From an uncultured Prevotella sp. (GTDB lineage: Bacteria; Bacteroidota; Bacteroidia; Bacteroidales; Bacteroidaceae), in NCBI GenBank assembly GCA_963511375.1, contig CAUPIT010000010.1, forward strand, positions 3,073 to 67,072: a stretch of DNA of 64,000 nt. Reading direction: 5' to 3'. The position numbers and the translations under genes were made by a program. The notes below the pieces were generated by a model, which made no database searches, was not told the origin of the DNA, and saw only the letters and a list, made by a program, of their open reading frames with translations. Shown here piece by piece: positions 58,113-64,000 of the stretch. Positions within the stretch are counted from its first letter, which is position 1. Each line of letters opens with the position of its first letter.

Positions 58113-58676
58113 ATGAAAAAGAGTATGAAAGGCTTAGTGGTTGTGGTTTTAACCGCATTTTTAGTGATGGGATGTGTTGACCGTAAGCCCAAGCAAGTTG
58201 CAGATAATAACGATGCCACTGTGGAAGAAACCAATAACGATTCTACCGTATATGGCGTATGCGGAGACGGTACGGCGATGCACACGCTGCAAATCATATC
58301 AGATGCCGGCGATACGCTGATGTATATGTTGAACTCAGATGGCGATGTTATCTCTGATGTTCAGGGAGGTTTGATGGTAGGTGACCGACTGGCCATCGTA
58401 GGTGTTCAGGCCAACGGTGAAAGAGTGGCTCAGAAAGTTATCAATCTCACCACGCTCTTGGGCAAGTGGTCGAGCCTGGACAAGAACTTTGAGATACAAG
58501 AGGGTGGAGGTGTGCAGTCGTTCGTCAAGGCTGAGAGCAATCCTTGGACATCCTGGAAGATTCTCAACGGTAAATTGTTGCTGAATAAAGACACCTTCAG
58601 TGTGAACACCTTGGGCGCCGACAGCCTTTATCTGGAGAACAACGAGGGCATCTTTGTCTACAGAAGACAACAGTAA
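58113..58676 (+). CDS. Lipoprotein, lipocalin-like
   Basis: It has a signal peptide with the lipobox VMGC. The C-terminal half LLGKWSS...WKILNGKLLL resembles lipocalin-like domains. Confidence 0.55.
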   Translation: MKKSMKGLVVVVLTAFLVMGCVDRKPKQVADNNDATVEETNNDSTVYGVCGDGTAMHTLQIISDAGDTLMYMLNSDGDVISDVQGGLMVGDRLAIVGVQANGERVAQKVINLTTLLGKWSSLDKNFEIQEGGGVQSFVKAESNPWTSWKILNGKLLLNKDTFSVNTLGADSLYLENNEGIFVYRRQQ

Positions 58677-58685
58677 TTCAAGGCA

Positions 58686-59603
58686 TTGGAACCTTTCAGA
58701 ATACATATTTTAGGTTGTGGCAGTGCGTTGCCTACGCTCAAACACAACGCCTCTTCGCAAGTGGTCGACATACGTGGGAAGCTTTTCATGATCGACTGTG
58801 GCGAAGGTACACAAGTGCAGTTGCGCCGTTCCAGAGTGAGCTTCACTAGAGTTCAAGCGGTGTTTATCAGTCACCTTCACGGCGATCATTGTCTGGGACT
58901 TATCGGTATGATTTCCACTTTCGGCATGTTGGGGCGTACGGCTACGCTGCATGTCTATGCGCCAGGCGAGTTTGAGCGGATGCTTCAGATGCAAATAGAC
59001 ATGTTTTGCAAGGGGCTTGAGTTTGAAGTGGTCTTTCATGCGGTTGACACAACCAAGCATCAGGTGATTTATGAGGATAAAAGTTTGACGGTAGCATCCA
59101 TTCCTTTGGAGCATCGAGTGCCCTGTTGTGGGTTCCTGTTCCGAGAAAAACCGCTCTTGCCACACATCCGTCGGGATATGATTGATTGCTATCAAATCCC
59201 CATTTCACAAATCAACAACATCAAGAATGGTGCCGATTGGACCACGGAGGAGGGCGAGTTGGTGGAAAACAGTCGACTGACCTATCCGGCTGAGGCACCT
59301 CGTAGCTATGCCTATTGCAGTGACACGCGATATATCCCCACGCTCCACCAGTTGGTCAAGGGCGTGGATGTGTTGTACCATGAGTCGACCTACGATTCTG
59401 AACATGAGGCCCGCGCCAAGCTATATTATCACAGCACGGCGGCACAGGCTGCCCAGGTGGCTCTTGATGCGGGAGTGGGAAAATTGCTGTTGGGGCATTA
59501 TAGCGCGCGGTATGATGATGAGAGCGTGATTCTGCGAGAAGCGCAGAAAATATTCCCAAACAGCTTTTTGACAGCCGAAGAAATGATTTTCGATGTTAAA
59601 TAG
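58686..59603 (+). CDS. rnz: Ribonuclease Z
   Basis: ILGCGSALPT and the metallo-beta-lactamase motif ISHLHGDH are present. The C-terminal LLLGHYSARY also fits. The start appears to be TTG. Confidence 0.9.
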   Translation: MEPFRIHILGCGSALPTLKHNASSQVVDIRGKLFMIDCGEGTQVQLRRSRVSFTRVQAVFISHLHGDHCLGLIGMISTFGMLGRTATLHVYAPGEFERMLQMQIDMFCKGLEFEVVFHAVDTTKHQVIYEDKSLTVASIPLEHRVPCCGFLFREKPLLPHIRRDMIDCYQIPISQINNIKNGADWTTEEGELVENSRLTYPAEAPRSYAYCSDTRYIPTLHQLVKGVDVLYHESTYDSEHEARAKLYYHSTAAQAAQVALDAGVGKLLLGHYSARYDDESVILREAQKIFPNSFLTAEEMIFDVK

Positions 59604-59658
59604 GGTTAAATACACAATAATATTCAATGGTCATTCTTGAATATTACCTATAAATAAC

Positions 59659-59666
59659 TATCTTTG
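59659..59666 (+). promoter_or_regulatory. -7 box TATCTTTG
   Basis: It matches TAnnTTTG, about 30 nt upstream of the ATG at 59698. Confidence 0.4.
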
Positions 59667-59697
59667 CCTTGAAGTGAACACAAATGGTAAACATAAT

Positions 59698-60006
59698 ATG
59701 GTTAAAAAAATACTTTCTATAGCATTTGCTGCAGCATTGTTCATGGCGCATCCTTTGTCCATGCAAGCTGGTCAGTCAATGGAAATCATCGAGAATGATA
59801 TTCAGAGTGTTTCCATTTCTGTCTCAGGATCTGTTTTGCATGTCAGTGGTGCTAATGGACAAGTATTGCAAGTATATAATGTAACGGGAGTTTGCTTAAT
59901 GAGTGTCAAGGTTGACAGTCAGGACAAGCGATACGAACTCAATGTACCCAAGGGTTGTTACATTGTTAAGGTTGGTAAGACAGTTAGAAAGATTTCTATC
60001 AGATAG
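59698..60006 (+). CDS. Small protein made of a signal peptide plus a T9SS C-terminal sorting domain only
   Basis: It has the signal peptide MVKKILSIAFAAALFMAHPLSMQA. The remainder, ...VLQVYNVTGVCLMSVKVDSQDKRYELNVPKGCYIVKVGKTVRKISI, matches the Por-secretion CTD pattern. Confidence 0.65.
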   Translation: MVKKILSIAFAAALFMAHPLSMQAGQSMEIIENDIQSVSISVSGSVLHVSGANGQVLQVYNVTGVCLMSVKVDSQDKRYELNVPKGCYIVKVGKTVRKISIR

Positions 60007-60013
60007 TTAGACT

Positions 60014-61588
60014 TTGAAAGTCTTCTTCAAATTTTCACTTCTCCTTCTTCTTATCTTCCAGTTGTGTTCATGCAAGAAGAAGGAGTTGAATCCGAACCAA
60101 GCTCTTCAATTAGAGGCGTTTTCCAATTTGAGGACGTCATCTTATACCATTCATCCTGGTAAAATACGTCAGCATCTTGATCAGTTGATGAAAGCTGATG
60201 TCGATTCCATGCAGCCCGACTATCGAACCCGAAGTTATTATGGTCAGCATGGCAGCTTCTTGTGGATAGACAGGCTGGGTGTTGATGCGCGTGCAGACAC
60301 GTTATTGGCGTATCTGCGTACTGTTGATCAGATTGGGTTCTCACCTAAAAAGTTCTATGTCAAGGATATTGAGAATGATTTGAAACGGTTGCGCACACTC
60401 GACTTTGATACAGCCAGCAACACCATCAGCCATGTGATGGCTCGATTGGAATATCATCTCACCAAAGCTTATCTACGATACGTCAATGGTCAACAGTTTG
60501 GTTATACCAACCCATTTGCTCTGTTTAACAAGCTGGATGTTAGAAAGCGCGATTCTATCAATGTGGGTTATCGTGAACTTTTTGATCTTCCCATGCAGCG
60601 ACCCACCAAAAACTTTTGGACCGAGGCCTTGCAGAAGATACGGCACGACAGCGTGGGCATCTACCTGCAAGCCATTCAACCGCATGGAAAGTTGTACGAT
60701 GACTTGAAACAGCGGTTGCCCAAAGCGGTAGGTACTGCGGCCAGGCGCAAGGTGATTTGCAATTTGGAGCGTGCCAGGTGGCGACTGGATGACGAGCCTG
60801 ACAAGCATGAAAAGTACGTCGTCATCAATTTACCTTCCATGCATCTCATGGCAAGAGATCATGACAGTACGCTGATTATGCGCGTTGGTATGGGTGCTTT
60901 GAGTACGAAGACACCACTGATAACCAGTAGAATCGTGCGTATGGACGTCAATCCACAGTGGGTCATGCCCAGAAGCATCATTGAAAAAAGCGTGGTTCCA
61001 CAGGCGGGGAACAAAGATTATTTTGACGCTCGGCGATATTTCATTCGCGAACGAAAGACCGGAAAACGAATGGATGTCACGCAGGTGTCTGCTGACATGC
61101 TGAAAAGTGGCAATTATTTTGTCATACAAGAAGGTGGAAAGGGCAATGCCATGGGGCGCATCGTGTTCCGCTTTAAGAATAAATTCGCTATCTATCTGCA
61201 CGATACGTCATCGAAGGGAGTCTTCGAAAGAGAATACCGAGGAGTTTCGCATGGCTGTATCCGACTGGAAAAACCTTTCGATTTTGCTGTGTTCTTATTG
61301 GATGAAAAGGACAAAAAGACGATAGAAAGAATTAGGTATTCGATGGAAGCTGATATCGATCCCACCTATGTGGATGATAATCCATCATCTGATAAGAATC
61401 AATCAGTGGAGGCCGACAGACTGGACAGGGCTAAGTTGATTAAATCAGTTCAAGTAAAACCGACGGTTCCCCTGTTCATCACCTATTATACTTTGTACCC
61501 AAACGAGAACCATGTGATGACAGAATATCCCGATGTCTATGGATTTGATTCGGTGATATACCGCCAGTTACTCAATTACTTGCCATAA
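60014..61588 (+). CDS. L,D-transpeptidase (YkuD) family lipoprotein
   Basis: It has the lipobox LCSC and the catalytic motif YLHDTSSKGVFEREYRGVSHGCIRLEKP. The start appears to be TTG. Confidence 0.85.
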   Translation: MKVFFKFSLLLLLIFQLCSCKKKELNPNQALQLEAFSNLRTSSYTIHPGKIRQHLDQLMKADVDSMQPDYRTRSYYGQHGSFLWIDRLGVDARADTLLAYLRTVDQIGFSPKKFYVKDIENDLKRLRTLDFDTASNTISHVMARLEYHLTKAYLRYVNGQQFGYTNPFALFNKLDVRKRDSINVGYRELFDLPMQRPTKNFWTEALQKIRHDSVGIYLQAIQPHGKLYDDLKQRLPKAVGTAARRKVICNLERARWRLDDEPDKHEKYVVINLPSMHLMARDHDSTLIMRVGMGALSTKTPLITSRIVRMDVNPQWVMPRSIIEKSVVPQAGNKDYFDARRYFIRERKTGKRMDVTQVSADMLKSGNYFVIQEGGKGNAMGRIVFRFKNKFAIYLHDTSSKGVFEREYRGVSHGCIRLEKPFDFAVFLLDEKDKKTIERIRYSMEADIDPTYVDDNPSSDKNQSVEADRLDRAKLIKSVQVKPTVPLFITYYTLYPNENHVMTEYPDVYGFDSVIYRQLLNYLP

Positions 61589-61594
61589 GTGCGA

Positions 61595-62146
61595 ATGGAT
61601 AGACCATACGATGAACAGAACATAGCCGATTGCTTGGCCAAAAAGGAAACACAACGTCAGGCTTTCTCACAGGTTGTTCACCAATATAGTAAACCACTGT
61701 ATTGGAAGATTCGTCGTATCGTTCTGACCCATGAAGATGCCAATGACGTGTTGCAGAATGCCTTTCTTAAGGCTTGGAACAATTTGGATGATTTTCGAAA
61801 CAAATCAAAAATATCAACTTGGATTTACCGCATTGCCGTCAATGAGGCATTGGACTTCTTGAGAAAGAAAAACAACAATAGGGCGGTCAGTGCGGATGAC
61901 GACCCTTCGGTGGCCAATATGCTGATGGCCGACGACTACTTTGATGGAGATGAGACACAGGCGCAGTTGCAAGAAGCGATAGCCCAGCTGCCGGAAGTGC
62001 AGCGTGTGGTGTTCAACCTGCGCTATTATGAAGAAATGAAATATGCCGAAATGAGTGAACTTCTCAACACGAGTGAAGGTGCGCTAAAAGCCAGTTATCA
62101 TTTGGCAGTCAAGAAAATAACAGCCTATTTTAAGGGCCGGGATTAA
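61595..62146 (+). CDS. ECF-type RNA polymerase sigma-70 factor
   Basis: Region 2 reads DANDVLQNAFLKAW...STWIYRIAVNEALDFLRK, and region 4 reads RVVFNLRYYEEMKYAEMSELLNTSEGALKASYHLAVKKI. Confidence 0.88.
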   Translation: MDRPYDEQNIADCLAKKETQRQAFSQVVHQYSKPLYWKIRRIVLTHEDANDVLQNAFLKAWNNLDDFRNKSKISTWIYRIAVNEALDFLRKKNNNRAVSADDDPSVANMLMADDYFDGDETQAQLQEAIAQLPEVQRVVFNLRYYEEMKYAEMSELLNTSEGALKASYHLAVKKITAYFKGRD

Positions 62147-62189
62147 ACCTTTTGGTGAATTTTACGTCATATTAGTAAAGATAATAATT

Positions 62190-62561
62190 ATGGTAAAAGA
62201 AGACAAATACATAGAGAACCGATTTGGAAAGGTACAACCTTTCAAGGCTCCACAGGGCTATTTGGATAACTTTGCCGATCAATTCATGGCTCAGTTGCCT
62301 GATCAAGCAGCCAAAACCGTGAAGACACAACACGCCGTTTGGTTCAGAATGCGTCCGGCAATGATTGCGGCAGCCAGCGTTTTGGCTGTTGCAATGACGG
62401 CTACTGTTTATTTCGCAAAGCCTTTTGCGGGTCAACGGGAGCAAGCGTTCACCACAGATCAGCAGACAGAAGGCAGCATGAGTGATGGCTCTGTTGAAGA
62501 AACTGCTTTTTACTCGATGATTGACAATGGCGACATCTACGCAATATTAGCTGATGAATAA
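62190..62561 (+). CDS. Putative anti-sigma factor (single-pass membrane protein)
   Basis: It sits immediately after the ECF sigma gene and has one TM segment (PAMIAAASVLAVAMTATVYF). The call rests on position only. Confidence 0.45.
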   Translation: MVKEDKYIENRFGKVQPFKAPQGYLDNFADQFMAQLPDQAAKTVKTQHAVWFRMRPAMIAAASVLAVAMTATVYFAKPFAGQREQAFTTDQQTEGSMSDGSVEETAFYSMIDNGDIYAILADE

Positions 62562-62575
62562 GAAAGGAGCTGAAC

Positions 62576-63037
62576 ATGAAACACGTTTTATCCGTTATTT
62601 TTATCACCTTCTGTTTGTTGGTATCTTCCGCAACAGCTCAACCACAACGAGGGCAAAGGAGGTTTAATCCTCAGAAATTTCAAGCCGAACTGGAACAATT
62701 TATCACCACAGAAGTCGGACTGACCCCGCAAGAATCGGCTGCATTTTTCCCCGTATATCGGGACATGAGAAAAAAACAGATGACCTATTTTGCGGAAGGT
62801 CGTCGCTTTAGGCACCTGAATGTCACGGATGACAAAGCCTGTGAAGAAGCCATTCGGAAACATGCTGCCAACGAAGTTAAAATCAAGGAAATACAGCAGC
62901 AGTATCATCTTCAGTTCTTGACCATTCTGCCTGCCTGCAAAGTGTTTAAGATTATCCGTGCCGAAGAGAAGTTTCATCGCCAAATGATGAGGCGGGTGGC
63001 TATGTGTCGACAGCAGCAACAAAAAGTTAAAAAGTAA
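62576..63037 (+). CDS. Periplasmic Spy/CpxP-like (LTxxQ-type) protein
   Basis: It has a signal peptide, the motif GLTPQESAAFFPVYRDMRKKQ and basic helical composition. It is the third gene of the ECF module. Confidence 0.45.
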   Translation: MKHVLSVIFITFCLLVSSATAQPQRGQRRFNPQKFQAELEQFITTEVGLTPQESAAFFPVYRDMRKKQMTYFAEGRRFRHLNVTDDKACEEAIRKHAANEVKIKEIQQQYHLQFLTILPACKVFKIIRAEEKFHRQMMRRVAMCRQQQQKVKK

Positions 63038-63044
63038 CCTTTTC

Positions 63045-63776
63045 ATGCATCGGTATTTCATTTGTTTCCGCTATGACGGAACAGCTTATCATGGATGGCA
63101 GGTGCAGCCCAATGGACACTCGGTGCAAGCTGAGTTGCAACAGGCCATGTCTGTCATTCTCAGAGAGCCCATCGTGACCGTAGGGGCCGGGCGGACAGAT
63201 GCTGGTGTGCATGCTCGGAAGATGTTTGCACATTTTGATTTCGAAGCCGAGATAGACACTAACCAATTTACATACAAGCTCAATCGCCTGCTGCCGCGGG
63301 ACATTTCGGTATTGAACGTCTTTCCCGTCAGCCAGGACATGCATGCGCGTTTCAGTGCTAAGTGGCGCACCTACCATTATTATATACACCTGTCGAAGAA
63401 TCCATTTCTGCGCCATTATTCGTGTCAGTTGCCTTATCAGCTCGACTTTTCATTGATGAACGAAGCAGCGTCGCATCTGCTGAAGGTTGAAGATTTTGGT
63501 GCTTTCTGCAAAAGCAACACGGATGTAAAGACAACGTTGTGTCATGTAGTGCAGGCTGAGTGGGTGAAGGTTGGCGAAGATGCTTGGTATTTTGTTATCA
63601 AAGCCAATCGCTTTCTGCGCAATATGGTACGTGCTGTGGTGGGTACTTTAATAGAGGTGGGCCGACATCGCATGACGCTCGATGAGTTTGATGCCGTTGT
63701 ACGGAGTGGAAACCGTACCAAAGCAGGCGAGAGCATGCCCGCCAATGCGTTGTTTTTAGAAGACGTTGAGTACTGA
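63045..63776 (+). CDS. truA: tRNA pseudouridine(38-40) synthase
   Basis: YDGTAYHGWQVQPN, GAGRTDAGVHA and FLRNMVRAVVGTL are present. Confidence 0.93.
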   Translation: MHRYFICFRYDGTAYHGWQVQPNGHSVQAELQQAMSVILREPIVTVGAGRTDAGVHARKMFAHFDFEAEIDTNQFTYKLNRLLPRDISVLNVFPVSQDMHARFSAKWRTYHYYIHLSKNPFLRHYSCQLPYQLDFSLMNEAASHLLKVEDFGAFCKSNTDVKTTLCHVVQAEWVKVGEDAWYFVIKANRFLRNMVRAVVGTLIEVGRHRMTLDEFDAVVRSGNRTKAGESMPANALFLEDVEY

Positions 63777-64000
63777 TGGAGTGGTTGTTGCTTGCCTTCT
63801 TGTCGGCGTTACTGCTGGGCTTTTATGATGTTTTCAAGAAAAAAGCCTTGTCAGGAAATTCCGTCATCCCTGTATTATTTCTGAACACACTATTCTGTTC
63901 GTGCATTTTTTTGCCATTCATCATCCTGTCTGCAACGACCGGTGTGCTGGACAACACCATCTTCCATGTTTCTTCTGGAGGATGGGAAGCGCACCGATTC
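63776..64000 (+). CDS. EamA/DMT-family transporter, N-terminal part (runs off the right edge)
   Basis: My translation is MEWLLLAFLSALLLGFYDVFKKKALSGNSVIPVLFLNTLFCSCIFLPFIIL... A TGATG overlap links it to the truA stop. Confidence 0.65.
   Translation, partial: MEWLLLAFLSALLLGFYDVFKKKALSGNSVIPVLFLNTLFCSCIFLPFIILSATTGVLDNTIFHVSSGGWEAHRF

Overview
The window reads as a core chromosomal segment of a Bacteroidales genome, most likely Prevotellaceae. Support for that placement: TAnnTTTG -7 promoter boxes sit ahead of most transcription units, Shine-Dalgarno sequences are absent, a T9SS C-terminal sorting domain is present, and PPi-type glycolysis genes (ppdK, pfp) occur together with dispersed intergenic repeats. 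About 55 tightly packed genes are present, mostly housekeeping: ppdK (partial), a relA-type RSH, gyrA, serC-serA, ftsY, rimO, HU, pfp, prmA, yidC, pyrG, valS, mazG, rnz and truA. I found no rRNA, tRNA, CRISPR array, transposase, integrase or phage genes, so there is no obvious accessory island. The items worth a second look are these. (1) A self-contained two-gene module encodes a secreted Trp/Tyr/Gly low-complexity repeat protein plus a FadL/PorV-like outer-membrane barrel. (2) A four-gene inositol-lipid-type operon (PgpA-like, GtrA-like, CDP-alcohol phosphatidyltransferase, IPC/SM-synthase-like PAP2) has no adjacent inositol-phosphate synthase. (3) A 17-bp intergenic repeat family (CAAAGTCAWTGRGTTTG) occurs in about 13 copies at 4 loci, arranged as hairpin pairs or 22-bp tandem arrays. 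(4) A second repeat family appears as a 2.1 x 66-bp tandem array, starting at a promoter box upstream of ftsY, and also inside a 261-bp element bounded by 19-bp perfect inverted repeats. (5) Two unusual domain fusions are present: hemerythrin/RIC-like + LuxR HTH, and HU + TM + LysM. All functional calls come from motif recognition by eye. No database search was run.
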